A stretch of DNA of 64,000 nucleotides, taken from the NCBI RefSeq assembly GCF_006345805.1, contig NW_021833248.1, positions 1-64,000 of the forward strand. The letters run 5' to 3'. Each line of letters opens with the position of its first letter. The stretch's first letter is position 1. Made by a program: the position numbers and the translations under genes. Of the stretch, positions 12,092 to 24,047 are shown one piece after another. Below the pieces are notes generated by a model. It ran no database searches and was not told the DNA's origin. It saw nothing but the letters and a program-made list of their open reading frames with translations. The stretch comes from Octopus sinensis. Lineage: Eukaryota.

Positions 12092-13228
12092 CTAATCAAA
12101 TTTCATATCTATTTCTTTGGTAAATCCATGAACTGTCTTTAATAGTGTTTCCAGCTGTTTGTCATTTGCAGCGTATAGTTTTAGGTCATCCATATATAAA
12201 AGGTGGCTGATCGTTTTGCCGTAACATTTATATCCGCATCCAGTTCTATTTAGTATATCAGATAGAGGTAACAGGGCCAAGCAGAAAAGGAGTGGAGAGA
12301 GCGTGTCTCCCTGGAATATTCCTCTTCTAATGGGGATGTCTTTGGTTTTCATGAGTCCCTCTTTTGTTTGGAGGTGTAGGACTGTTTGCCATTTATTCAT
12401 AGAGTGCCCTATGAATTTTATGATTGTTGGTGCTACTTTGTTAATGGCTAGTGTTTCGAGGATCCATGTTTGGGGGATGCTATCAAACGCATTTTTGTAG
12501 TCAATCCAGGTTATACTGAGGCATTTCTTCTTTCTGTGGCTGTCTTCAGTTATGGCTTTATTAATCATTAGTTGATCTTTACAGCCATATGAGCCCTTGC
12601 GGCATCCTTTCTGTTCTTCTGGGAACAGTTTGTTTTCATCCAGGTGCTTGTTCAACCTTTGAGATATCCCTGCAGTAAATGCCTTGAACATAGTAGGGAG
12701 GCAGTTTATTGGTCTGTAGTTTTCTGGTTTTGCTGTTTCATTTGATTTGGGAATTAAGATGGTTTTCCCCTTCGTGAGCCATTCAGGCATTGTCTCTGGC
12801 TCTGCTAGTATGTTGTTAAAGTTTTCAGCCAGCTTTTTGTGCATTCCTGTTAGATATTTCAACCAGAAGTTGGGGATCTTGTCATGCCCAGGTGCCTTCC
12901 AGTTGCTTAGTCTTTGCGGTGCCTGGGTGACCTCTTCAGTTGTTATGGGGGTCCAAAGTTGTTCAGATGCCGAGTTTGTTATTTTGATACTCCTTTTTTT
13001 TGGTTGTTCATTCGCCGACCATATTTCTCTCCAGAATTCTTCCAATTCTTCTGCCGTTGGTGCTGCAGTGACTTCTATTTTATTTTTGCCAAGTTCTTGG
13101 TAGAACTTTTTGGGGTTGGATTTGAACTGTTTGTTTTGTTCAAAGAAGCGCTGGCGTTTCTCGTACCGGCGGATCCTTTGTGCTTTGGCAAGGATATCTT
13201 GCTTCAGCTTTGCTTTTATCTCAGGCAA
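12092..13228 (-). CDS. Non-LTR reverse transcriptase fragment (R4/Dong-like)
   Basis: NYRPINCL, EQKGC, WIDYKNAFDS, GIFQGDTLSPLLF, LYMDDLKL. Confidence 0.9.
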   Translation of the reverse strand: MPEIKAKLKQDILAKAQRIRRYEKRQRFFEQNKQFKSNPKKFYQELGKNKIEVTAAPTAEELEEFWREIWSANEQPKKRSIKITNSASEQLWTPITTEEVTQAPQRLSNWKAPGHDKIPNFWLKYLTGMHKKLAENFNNILAEPETMPEWLTKGKTILIPKSNETAKPENYRPINCLPTMFKAFTAGISQRLNKHLDENKLFPEEQKGCRKGSYGCKDQLMINKAITEDSHRKKKCLSITWIDYKNAFDSIPQTWILETLAINKVAPTIIKFIGHSMNKWQTVLHLQTKEGLMKTKDIPIRRGIFQGDTLSPLLFCLALLPLSDILNRTGCGYKCYGKTISHLLYMDDLKLYAANDKQLETLLKTVHGFTKEIDMKFD

Positions 13229-14051
13229 ATCTTTCTCTGTGATGTTATATTTGCGGAGTATTTTGTTTTCTTTTTGTTGCTCAGTAGCGTTGATTGTTTG
13301 CTGATTTCATTAAGAATCGACAGATCTTTTCTAATTTTTTTTCATTTTGTTTTGGATGTTATTTATCCACAGTGTTTGTTTGGGTGGTGGTACTCCTGTT
13401 TGGACGGGTTTGATTGAATATCCAGCTTCTTTTGTGGCTTCAGTGGCTGCTGCGACTACTAAGTCATTTAGCTCAGTGATATCGCTTTTTGTTTCAGTGG
13501 CTATTAGTTCCGTGACGGCTAGGTTTATGTTGTTTATAATTGGTGTTGTTGTTTCGTCTATTTTGGTTTTTGAAGGTATGGTCGGTGGTCCATCTTGAGA
13601 TCTGTGTTTTCCAGTTCTTTGATTATTCTACTTTTTATAGTATCGTAATCATTAGGCTCCCCTTCGTTGTTTCCAGATTTTACATTTGTGTCACTTTTTT
13701 CACGTTCGTATGTTTGTTTGTCGTGTTTTGGCTTGATGTTTGTCGTGTATTATTATGCATACTTACGGTCTGGGTTTCTTGTTTTTTGTTTACATCGTGT
13801 TTGTTGGGAATGTTACGTTTGTCTTCGTGTTTTACTGTTTCAGTGTTTATATTGTTAGGCATTGTTGTGTGGTTTCTATCTCAATTCACCTGATGTATTT
13901 TTTTAGATGTTCTATTTCTATTTCTGATATTTTTTTTGCGTTCAGAATGTAACTTCGTACATTACCTAGTTTATTAGGGTTCATTGCTGTATCCAAGTCT
14001 ATATATATATTATTTTCCTTCCATAGTTTATATGTATGTGTTGTTGTGTTT

Positions 14052-14124
<73 letters not shown>

Positions 14125-14128
<4 letters not shown>

Positions 14129-15194
14129 TAGTTTTATTTTTATAGCGTGCTTTCACTTTACTACCGAGCGCAGCTCTGTGTGCCTTGGGTATGTGCTGTG
14201 ATTTGTTGTGATGCTCTGATGGTTATTGGATGGAAAGTGTTCTGCGTAGGATGTGTGCAGTGCCTAGTAGTGCAATTTTCTGTATGTTATATGTGTTTGT
14301 AAGTCCTGGTGTTTTTGTTATGTATTTGTCTGAATATTTTTTTATCATGCCTAATGCACCTACTATGATAGGAATTGTTTCTGTTTTCAGATTCCACATT
14401 CTAGTTACCTCTATTTCCAGGTCTTTGTATTTTGAGAGTTTCTCCATTTCTTTTAGAGCCACGTTGTCATCTGCCGGTATTGATACATCAATTAGAAAGC
14501 ATTTTTTTCTTCATGATCTCTGACAACTATATCTGGTCTGTTGGCCTTAATTTCTCTATCTGTGTGTATCGGCATATCCCAGAGTATGGTTGCTTTCTCG
14601 TTTTCTGTGACCTTTTCTGGTGTGTGCCTATACCATCTTTTTTCTGTTGTTATTCCATAATGTTGGCATAGCTTCCAATGTATGTATGTTCCAACTCTGT
14701 CATGTCTGTGAATATATTCCTTCTTAGCCAGGACTGGGCAGCTAGAGATAATATGATTTATTGTTTCTTGTCCATCGCCACATATTCTGCAGTTACTTGT
14801 AATATTTCTTTTCATTACATGTTTTTGGTAATTTCTGGTGGGGAGGCTTTGGTCTTGTGCTGCAATTAAAAATCCCTCTGTTTCTGCTTTGAGTCCTGAG
14901 CTTCTCAACCATTGCTGGGATTTTTCTTTGTCTATTTCTTTTGCGTTTAGTTTAGTGCAGTATTTACCATGAAGGGGCTTTTCTTGCCATCGTTTTATCA
15001 TGGCTCGTTGCTGTTCTGTTTTTAGTTTGGATTTCATTTGTTTTATAGCTTTTGTTGTTTCTTCATCATCTTCTTCTTCTTTGTGTTTATTAGGTGGTAT
15101 GATTTCTTGTTTGTATTTGTCAGCTTCCTTAAATACTGAGAACAGTTTTTTGTTTTGCTCGTGTTTTGCTGCTATCTGGATCAGTTTTCCTTCC

Positions 15195-15196
<2 letters not shown>
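14125..15196 (-). mobile_element. R4/Dong-like family A copy 2 (3' fragment, ORF 14492-15037 and 14223-14462)
   Basis: Same CCHC/RLE sequence and 3' UTR as copy 1, bounded by (TAA)n at both ends. Confidence 0.92.
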
Positions 15197-15291
<95 letters not shown>

Positions 15292-15329
15292 GTAATTATT
15301 ATTATTAGCATTATTACTGTTATCATTAT

Positions 15330-16510
15330 TATATACACGCACAAGAGATTAGCCTGTTGTAAAAGAAAAAAAATCCTAACATCGAGCTACAAGTGACCTT
15401 AGATGTCTAGAACACTCCTAAGTATCCTAGCTGTCCCTAATAACACTGTTTTCTGAAGCTTTACTAAACTGGCTTTATGCCTATTTCCTCTATCCATCTG
15501 TTCAGATCTACAGGGATAGTTCCCAATACACATATAACTAATGGAATACGTTTTACCTGCACTTTCCGTAGTTTCTGTAATTCTATGGATAGGACCTTGT
15601 AATTTACTATTTTTCTATATCTCCTATATTGAATTTTTCCTCAATTGGGACCGTGAAATCAATTATCTGGCACATTATATTCTCTTTATCTACCACTACT
15701 AAATCAAGCCTTCTAGTTTCTATTACTCCGTCAGTCTGAATGTTAAATTCCCACAACATCTTGTATTCCTTATTTTCTGGTACTTTACTTGATTCATATT
15801 CATACTATTTATTAGTATGTTCAAATCTTAGCTTTCAACATAACTCCTAGTTGACTACTTTCCCTAGTTGTCATGTCTTTTCTTGTATTATTTCTATGCC
15901 AGCATCCTACTTTCATTTACTATATCAGTAATGCTTTCCTCGTTTGATTTGCATAATCTAGACTGGGAATCTACTTGGATTTTTCTATCTTGGCTTTTAT
16001 CCAATTAGTTCTTAGTACATGATTTTGTGCAGCTACTAACAAACCTTATGTCTCCCTTTTCAGCTTTTATTTCTGCAATCATAATCATGTCTTACTACTT
16101 CTATTTGCTGCAACTATCTTTGAGAATCTATAATCCAACGCCTTCTCGTGTCAGTCAGATACTCTCTGTTTATTTTTTCTTGTTTTTGAATTCGATTGGG
16201 GTTTTGGTTACCTTGTGCCTTGCTGTGATTCTAACACTTTTAATAAACTTTCTTCACTGTTATCTACAGAGGAGTCTATATCTGCTCTAGCTATCTCCAC
16301 GCAGTCTTCTACTGATATTAACTCTCTTCTGCCTTTCTTTCTAGATAAGTATAATCTTACTACTCCTGCTCTTAGGTGGAATTCTCTATTCATATTGAAT
16401 TCCTTCCTAGTTCTTCTGTTTAGCTGTGGTCATTCTGCATCTTTACTGATCCACTGCCGAATGAGAGGCCTTCACTTACAGGTTCAGATTCATGTTCGCT
16501 GTTGCAACTA
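15330..16510 (-). mobile_element. R4/Dong-like family B, decayed 3' fragment
   Basis: FHLRAGVVRLYLSRKKGRRELISVEDCV, WEFNIQTDGVIETRRLDLVVVDK and LQKTVLLGTARILRSVLDI, followed by (TAA)n. Confidence 0.8.
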
Positions 16511-17612
16511 AAAGATTTCGTAAACTCCTGTCTCACATGAACTGAGGTAAAGTAACGTTCATCACCATCGTCAATCAGCTATAGTTGGAAATCATTTAAA
16601 AAACCAAAACTGCACTATGTCACTCGAAGTTGTCAAGATTGTGTTCATAAATGTGTTAAGTAAAACACAAGGTCTGAGTAACTGAAAAGAATTGAAGGCG
16701 ATGAAGAAGGCAATTTTTAGAATAAAATTAGAGTTGTTTGAGGTAAGAACAACAGTCTGAATGTTCTTAAGTTAGAAAGGTTACCTTTAAATTTTAATGA
16801 TACAGTTACCTGTTTCCATACACGTTCATTAAGAGATGTGAAGTATTAAAATACATGAGTTTAGCACCAGCTCATGAGTATACATTTATAACTTTCGAGG
16901 ATAGAATATCAACTGGACACATTCTTTTGTGGAAATTTGATGAATAAGAGATTGTAACACCTAATAAATAGGTGCATGGGTGTTGGACAAATTGCTCTTG
17001 AAAAGAAAATTCTGGAAAACAATTCATTGAGAATACAGAAACGAAACTGGAGGGAAATGACTACCAATTCCACTTGCTCATCAGTTCAACTTGCTCATCA
17101 ATTCAATTTGACTATCAATTCAACTACAGTTATAAATCAATCTCAGTTGAGGTGTATTGGGTAAGAGAAGATACCTCTAAGTCATATTACAGTTAATGGG
17201 GGTCAGAAATAAGTGTTCAGTCATTACTTTTCCAAAAGGTTTAACACATGATATATTTTTCCTTGTCTTTCTAAAGCTGAATGTCCTCTCATTCTCTCTC
17301 TCCTTATGTATCTATCTCACACACACACACACACACGTACGCTCACACACTCTCACACACACACACACACACACATTCAAACGAAAATGTACGCAAGATG
17401 TATCTAATATCAAACTATAAATGTTTAATGACATTCTTAATTTAAATTTTCACAATAAAACTCGCAGATATAATTCCGACTTTGGTCTAACCTTTTTCAT
17501 TTGTACTCTCTACTCTGATTGTTTCGTTTACGTTGAGAAAATACATAGGCTTTTGATAAACTACTGAATTTAATCATTTAATTCACACATAAATTGTTAA
17601 AGAATTATAGTA

Positions 17613-18070
17613 TACTAGCAGTATAGCTCGGCTTTTCTCGGGATTAAGTTAGTATTATTAAGCTAATCAAGCTGTTTATTTCCAACCAAACTAACATCGA
17701 CGTCAAATTTGAGCGAAATCCGTTGAAATTGGTAAACTTTTGGCTGAAAATGAGTTACAGACAATTTGATTGGGAAATCCCATAAGCAATCGGTTTATCG
17801 GTTTTTGCCACTCATCGATTTTTGTTTTTTTGTTTTTGGAGAACTTAAAGCATTCGAAGATCCAATGAATCCTAAGTAATGCTGGCATCAAGTTTGAACA
17901 AAATACATCAAAATTGGTAAACGTTATGGCTGAAAATGGGGTATAGCCAATTTTATTGGGAAATCCTCTAAGGAATCGGGTTATCGATTTTTTTTTATCC
18001 TGATTAAATGGAAAACCCCATAAGGAATCAGTATATTGATTTTTTACCCCAAATAGAATTATTTTTATAC
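17613..18070 (+). mobile_element. Non-autonomous repeat with a Helitron-like terminus and an internal tandem duplication
   Basis: Starts TACTAGCAG..GCTCGGC..CTCGGG, similar to starts at 28138 and 30748. Internal repeated unit CAA(A/G)TTTGA..AAATTGGTAAAC..GGCTGAAAATG..TGGGAAATCC. The superfamily call is inference. Confidence 0.35.
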
Positions 18071-18329
18071 TTTAAATTTGGTTTTCACACCCAACACAGT
18101 TCTGCAGAATCAGTGTCGCGACGAGAGCGCATGGGTTGGGAGTTTGATCGGCAGAGGTGATCGGGTTGCACATACCAGCTTTTTGACCCCCCCCCCAATC
18201 GAAGTCCCCTTTGACCATGGGTTGGAAACCCTTCCAAGAAGTAAAATAGAATGCCCAAAAGGGCTCCCGATCCTCTGTGTCAGAAGCGGTTATGTTCAGA
18301 TCACAACGAAGCCTTAAGTGTATATATAT

Positions 18330-18385
<56 letters not shown>

Positions 18386-18396
18386 ATATGTAAGTA

Positions 18397-18682
18397 TGGG
18401 CAACACACACACAAACATACACACACATACGTACACGTACTGCATACATGTTTTTGTATGCATACATGTTCGTGTGTGTGTTTGTGTGTGACTGAAGCCA
18501 TTCACTCATACATACATAACAATCCCTCTCTCTCTCTCTCTGTCTTCACACACACTATCAAAACAACTCATACACACTACACTTTCTGTGCTGCACACCG
18601 CATATGTGTGTGTGCGTGCGTGTTTGATGGGGTGTGAAATACAGAAAGTGTAGTGCGTATGAGTTGTTTTGTTAGTGTGTGT

Positions 18683-18720
<38 letters not shown>

Positions 18721-18910
18721 GATAACAGATTTTTTATTTCGTTTTTAGTGATTGATTGACAGACAAAAAGAGAGGGAGTGAGAGAGGAGATGTTATGTAT
18801 ATATTTATGTGTAAATGGATTCAGTCACACATACACACGAACATGTATGCGTACAAAAGACAGGTACGCAATAGGTGTACGTGTGTGTGTGTGTGTGTGT
18901 GTGTTGCCCG
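18397..18910. mobile_element. Microsatellite-rich foldback element with TA flanks
   Basis: Ends TGGGCAAC and GTTGCCCG, with TA on both sides. Arms 18397-18589 and 18640-18910 are reverse complements apart from indels. Confidence 0.65.
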
Positions 18911-19916
18911 TATATCAACAAAACACTTTTTTGTTCGATGGATAAAAAACAAATCTTAGCAAAAACTTACTCGTCGCTCATATTTGCAAACAATGTTGAA
19001 TTTCTCCGAGTTTAAAATTGTTTAAAGTTTTGGTTGAACATATATTTTTACCGCTATTCGCTGGTGCCTCTGGGGAAAATAAGTTGACGAAATTACAGCT
19101 AGGATCAAGACGAATGTCCTCCTAAAATTAGAGCGACATTCGTGCTAATTTGTGGAGTGCATAAATTACATTCACGTACGCACACGCACACACACACATC
19201 CTGCCTTATATATACAGATTATATTATCATTTATTTTCAATGCATTACAAAGGAGAATCTGTTGCCCGTTAAAATTATGTTCTACGTATTATACCTAAAA
19301 GTTTGAATGGATATTGAAAGAAAGGAAATATTTTGTGATATATCTTATTCGTTTACATTGTTTGAGATTTTAACAAATTTAATTTCAGTTTAATCAACGT
19401 TTAAATATTCAGGAATATCATTTAGACTAGGCCCTTTTCAATATTAAAAGGCGGCAACTTTATTACTTCGAATTTGGTATTTGTCCTACCTTCTAAGAGA
19501 CACGTTAGTGACAATGTGAATATATTATCAACGAATAAATTTTGATTTTGGCTTTAATCAATACGCTGATTCTTATTGTAGAACTCTAGAGTCGATTAAA
19601 TTGCTCAACGATCTCATGAGTCATTCTGTGTAATTCCAATAAGATGAAAGTCTATATCCGTTTGTTTTAAATTTATATGTAAACAGAGGTAATAAATAAT
19701 TTACCTGCTATAATGGTTAGATAAGCACCCTTCATTTGCCAATAATTTACTCCTTATTTTTTTGTATGTATATATTCACTATTTACCGAGTATATTGACA
19801 CAAACTTTTCAACAGTGTATTCACTATTTTACATCAAGCCATCAATAACTGGTGTACATATACATATACACGCATACACATACATATATATATTACACAA
19901 CACTACCCCACTGAAT

Positions 19917-21191
19917 ATGGCCAATAATTTTCAAAAACGCCGCTGGGTTGAAAATGAAATTACTGCAATGATTAACGCTTGGTTCATCCATCACAACGAA
20001 GCTAATGTTTACAGTAAAATAACTGAGGATTTGACGAAAAAATCCTTTCACAGATCTGTAAAACAGATAGAAAAAAAATTAAAAGAAATTGTTAGGATAT
20101 TCCCTATTTTTCACGCGCACATGGCTACACTAAAAGCCATTCTTGCCAACGAATCCAGTACCACAAATGAGCAAATTCCAACAGGTCAGGGGTCACTTCA
20201 ACAGCAACAATCAACTGACCTACTTCCATTGTCAACAGCACCTGATGAACCAAGTCAAGTTTCACCTTCGCTACAGCAACAAAAACAACAACAACAACAA
20301 CAACAACACTCTAATACTACCACTAGTCAAGTTCCAATGCTGCTACAACAAAAACAACTCTCCACTACTGCCACAATAGGAAAATCACTACTACATCCGC
20401 GTAAAACTATCTGCCATTACTACTCTCAAGGCAGCTGCAGATTTGACCACATTCTGGCAAGCCAGAACCCACCATCACAAAATCAACAAGCTGCTTCTAA
20501 CACCACTGCTACTACTGCCAAAATAGAAAAACCACTACTACAACCAAATAGAACCCCCTGGCGTTACTATTCTAAAGGCCATTGTAGATTTGGCCCCAGC
20601 GGCACAAACAAAAATGGACGCTGTGCTTTTCCCCATCCGACCTTATGTCGTAGACTTGCTATGGGCACCTGTCCATACGGTATAACAGGAAGAAATTGCC
20701 CCCACCTCCACCCCAAATACTGTCCTAAATACAGAATCTATGGTTCTGATCCTAAATACGGATGCATAAGAGGCAATGGATGCACCTTATTCCATCCTAA
20801 ACTGTGCCAAACTTCTGTCTCACAAAGGATGTGCCTGAACCCAGAATGCAACTACCACCATCTGAAGGGCACAAAACGATCACAGAATAGATATAAACAG
20901 GAACAGAGGAAATCTAGGACAACAACAAGAACAAAATACAACCACGTTTCCCCTCCTGCAATCAAACAACGTAGACAGAACCATGAAAAAACACCAAATA
21001 ACGCCAACTTGAAATATGTATCTTGTGACCAAGTGGCAAACCAAACAAGTAACTCTTTTTTACTGACATACCTGGAAAATATGAAGGCCGACCTAAGCCA
21101 GGAGATCCAGCGAGCCATCACCAACCATCTATGCAAATCACAAGGACCACTCACCCATTACCAACTTCCCTTACCTCGACATTCCTGTTAA
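19917..21191 (+). CDS. LINE ORF1 protein: trihelix/Myb-SANT-like domain, Q-rich linker and CCCH zinc-finger array
   Basis: RRWVENEITAMINAW..VYSKITEDL..RSVKQIEKKLK. Fingers C-x7-C-x8-C-x3-H, C-x13-C-x5-C-x3-H and C-x8-C-x4-C-x3-H. ATG at 19917 is preferred because the upstream part of the ORF is microsatellite. Confidence 0.8.
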   Translation: MANNFQKRRWVENEITAMINAWFIHHNEANVYSKITEDLTKKSFHRSVKQIEKKLKEIVRIFPIFHAHMATLKAILANESSTTNEQIPTGQGSLQQQQSTDLLPLSTAPDEPSQVSPSLQQQKQQQQQQQHSNTTTSQVPMLLQQKQLSTTATIGKSLLHPRKTICHYYSQGSCRFDHILASQNPPSQNQQAASNTTATTAKIEKPLLQPNRTPWRYYSKGHCRFGPSGTNKNGRCAFPHPTLCRRLAMGTCPYGITGRNCPHLHPKYCPKYRIYGSDPKYGCIRGNGCTLFHPKLCQTSVSQRMCLNPECNYHHLKGTKRSQNRYKQEQRKSRTTTRTKYNHVSPPAIKQRRQNHEKTPNNANLKYVSCDQVANQTSNSFLLTYLENMKADLSQEIQRAITNHLCKSQGPLTHYQLPLPRHSC

Positions 21192-22171
21192 ATATACGTG
21201 GCATCAACCCATCAATTATTGCCCAAAAATGGAAGATCCCATATATAGAGAGTTGGATTGCCGAAATGGCACATTGCTTCCCTTTCTTTATCCTTACCGA
21301 GACTCACCTGAACAACACCCATATGGACGCAGGGGTGAAAATAAAAGATTTCACCATTGTTCGTGCGGATCGCACAGACCGAAATAAGGGAGGGACAGCC
21401 ATCTTTATCCATGACTCCTTTTCACTTGATGCCAAGGACACATTTTCCAATGGCTACTGTGAATCGGTATCACTATACAACAAAGCCAAGGACATAACCA
21501 TTGTTGGTCTTTACAGGCCTCCCCAGGCACCTCTAAAGTACTTAGAAGAGTGCCTTAGCAAAGTCAAGTCCTTCCTTCGGAAGTACCACTCCGGAAACAT
21601 ACTAGTGATGGGTGATTTTAACCTCCCTCATGTGAACTGGCCCACAAATACTCCGAAGTTAGGCAAGTGCTCTACATCAGATAGGGCAGCAGCAGAACTG
21701 CTCTTTAATCTGATGGATGAGTATTTCCTGACTCTGCTAGTGCTTGAACCAACGAGACAGAATAAAACGATCTTGGATCTGGTATTGACCAATCACTCTA
21801 GCTACGTTCACAGTATTTCAGTCGAAAAAACTCTCCTCTCAGACCACGACATGGTACTCTGCAATCTTAATTCTCGACATATAAAAACCAAACCAGCCAC
21901 TCCCACTCCATGGCACCCATTTGACAACATAAACTTCCACAAAGCGGACTGGGGAACAATCAGAAAGGATCTGTCTTCCATCGACTGGTCTTTTACTCTC
22001 AATTCCCCTCATATTGAGACCGCGTGGCAGCACTTTGAAAACATTGTCACCTATACATGCTCTAAACACGCTCCCAAGAAATCTACTAACACAAACAGAA
22101 ACCGGCTCCCTAAAAAGAAAAAAACACTCATCAGGCGCATCAAAAGACTCAACAAAAATTCAACCAATTAA
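21131..22171 (+). CDS. ORF2 part 1: APE endonuclease
   Basis: LLNIRG, LTETHL, DR..KGGTAIFI, GLYRPP, VMGDFNLP, ILDLVLTN, LSDHDMV. Confidence 0.9.
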   Translation: MQITRTTHPLPTSLTSTFLLNIRGINPSIIAQKWKIPYIESWIAEMAHCFPFFILTETHLNNTHMDAGVKIKDFTIVRADRTDRNKGGTAIFIHDSFSLDAKDTFSNGYCESVSLYNKAKDITIVGLYRPPQAPLKYLEECLSKVKSFLRKYHSGNILVMGDFNLPHVNWPTNTPKLGKCSTSDRAAAELLFNLMDEYFLTLLVLEPTRQNKTILDLVLTNHSSYVHSISVEKTLLSDHDMVLCNLNSRHIKTKPATPTPWHPFDNINFHKADWGTIRKDLSSIDWSFTLNSPHIETAWQHFENIVTYTCSKHAPKKSTNTNRNRLPKKKKTLIRRIKRLNKNSTN

Positions 22172-22469
22172 AATATTCCCACACACAACATCCACATTCA
22201 ACAACAATGAAAAGACTAGAGCTGGAAAAACTTCATCTGCAGACTAACATGAAAACCTCCATTGAAAATCAAAGAGCTGTGGAGGAACAATGGGTAATCA
22301 AAAACATCAAACAGAACCCAAAAGTGTTCTATTCTTATGCAAATAAGCATAGAAGCACTGTCTCACCCATTGGGCCATTGATTGATGATAACGGCATTCC
22401 CCAACACGATGCTAAAGAAATGGCAGAAATACTGCAGAAACAATACTGCTCTGTCTTCAGTGTTCCCAC
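22172..22469 (+). CDS. ORF2 part 2: linker between frameshifts
   Basis: NIKQNPKVFYSY..IGPL..MAEILQKQYCSVFS is a typical EN-RT linker of this LINE group. Confidence 0.75.
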
Positions 22470-24047
22470 GTGAGGGAAACGAACGAAGTTGACTCCCAAC
22501 ACAAAATCGCAGACATAACCTTCACTGCCACCGACATCGTAGCAGCAATAAATGAGGTCAAACATTACTCTGCTGTAGGCCCTGATAGATTTCCCGCTAG
22601 TCTCCTGAAGGAATGTAGATATCAACTTGCAGTCCCTCTGACCAACCTCTGGAGAAACTCGTTAGACGCAGGTTATATACCGAAACAGTTTCTATCCCAG
22701 TCGGTCATCCCGGTTTTCAAACAGGGAAACAGATCCCTCGCAGTCAACTATCGCCCAATCTCACTCACCTCCCACATCATTAAAGTGTTCGAAAGAGTGT
22801 TAAGATCAAGGATAGCTGACTTCCTGGAGACCCACAAACTCCTAAATTCAAATCAGCATGGCTTTCGCTCTGGCAGGGACTGTCTAACACAGCTCTTACA
22901 CCACATTGAAGATGTACTCAAAGCCTTGGGAACAGGTTCGAACTCTGACGTCATATATCTTGATTTCAGCAAAGCGTTCGACAGGGTAGACCATAACATA
23001 CTACTCTCGAAATTGGCAAATGTTGGAATCCGTGGAAAAGTTCTACACTGGATACAGTATTTCCTGGCGAATAGAACACAACATGTTGTAGTTGATGGAG
23101 TCCACTCAAACCCAGCAAAAGTCACCAGCGGTGTTCCCCAGGGAACTGTTTTGGGTCAGCTACTCTTCATAATTTACGTAAACGACCTTTCCAGTGTCGT
23201 ACATCACTGCAAAGTGAAAATATTCGCTGATGACACTAAGCTCCATCAAATCGTCAATGAAGAAGCAGACCGAACTCAACTCCAGTCTGATCTATATGCT
23301 GTGAGTCAATGGGTAGACAGAAGCAAAATGCAACTGAATGAGGGAAAATTTGAGCTGATGCATTTTGGAAGAAATTCCTCACTAAAACAACCATACTCTC
23401 TTCCTTCAGGGGAACCGCTCACAGCCTCTAACAATATCAGAGACCTGCGTGTAATTGTTGATGACGATCTCAGTTGGAGTGCACACATCAACAAGAAGGT
23501 CGATATAGCTCGTAGGATGAGTTCCTTGATCTTAAGAACTTTCCGGTCCAGAGAACAAGGTGTCATCATACCACATTTTTCCTCCTTTGTACGGCCACAC
23601 CTTGAATACTGCTGCCCACTGTGGTCTCCTCACACAAGACAAAACATCTCCAGAATTGAGTCACCCCAGAGGGCTCTCACTAAACAAATTGAAGGCATGG
23701 CTGCTCTCGATTATTGGGATCGCCTTAAAGCCTTGAAACTTTACTCCCTCCAGCGTCGCCGTGAGCGGTACATCATTTGTACGATGTGGAAAATATACCG
23801 CCAACTTTACCCAAACGACCTAAACATTAGCTTCAAGGTTCATCCAAGACTTGGACCACGGGCTATACGTCCCCTGCCAAATTCAAGATCACAACATACA
23901 TGTACACTGCAACATAATTTCTTTTCCTCAATAGGCCCTGCCCTATTTAACATTGTCCCGAGGGAGATCAAAGAGGAAAAGGATCCCATCAACTTTAAAC
24001 AGAGTCTGATAGATTCCTTCAAAGAATACCAGATAAGCCACCCATAA
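22470..24047 (+). CDS. ORF2 part 3: reverse transcriptase
   Basis: NYRPISLTS, NQHGF, YLDFSKAFDRVDH, SGVPQGTVLG, IFADDTKL, RPHLEYCCPLWSP. Confidence 0.92.
   Translation: MRETNEVDSQHKIADITFTATDIVAAINEVKHYSAVGPDRFPASLLKECRYQLAVPLTNLWRNSLDAGYIPKQFLSQSVIPVFKQGNRSLAVNYRPISLTSHIIKVFERVLRSRIADFLETHKLLNSNQHGFRSGRDCLTQLLHHIEDVLKALGTGSNSDVIYLDFSKAFDRVDHNILLSKLANVGIRGKVLHWIQYFLANRTQHVVVDGVHSNPAKVTSGVPQGTVLGQLLFIIYVNDLSSVVHHCKVKIFADDTKLHQIVNEEADRTQLQSDLYAVSQWVDRSKMQLNEGKFELMHFGRNSSLKQPYSLPSGEPLTASNNIRDLRVIVDDDLSWSAHINKKVDIARRMSSLILRTFRSREQGVIIPHFSSFVRPHLEYCCPLWSPHTRQNISRIESPQRALTKQIEGMAALDYWDRLKALKLYSLQRRRERYIICTMWKIYRQLYPNDLNISFKVHPRLGPRAIRPLPNSRSQHTCTLQHNFFSSIGPALFNIVPREIKEEKDPINFKQSLIDSFKEYQISHP

Larger units (their letters stand above)
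10436..14055 (-). mobile_element. R4/Dong-like RLE LINE, family A copy 1 (5'-truncated, frameshifted)
   Basis: RT ORF 12092-13228 and CCHC/RLE ORF 10763-11506. Flanked on both sides by (TAA)n on the element sense strand. Near-identical to 37.7-41.3 kb. Confidence 0.92.

Noticed and set aside
18075-18310. GC-richer block with a short open frame on the minus strand
   Set aside because: Possibly an L1/Tx1 endonuclease scrap, but no motif is clear enough to call.
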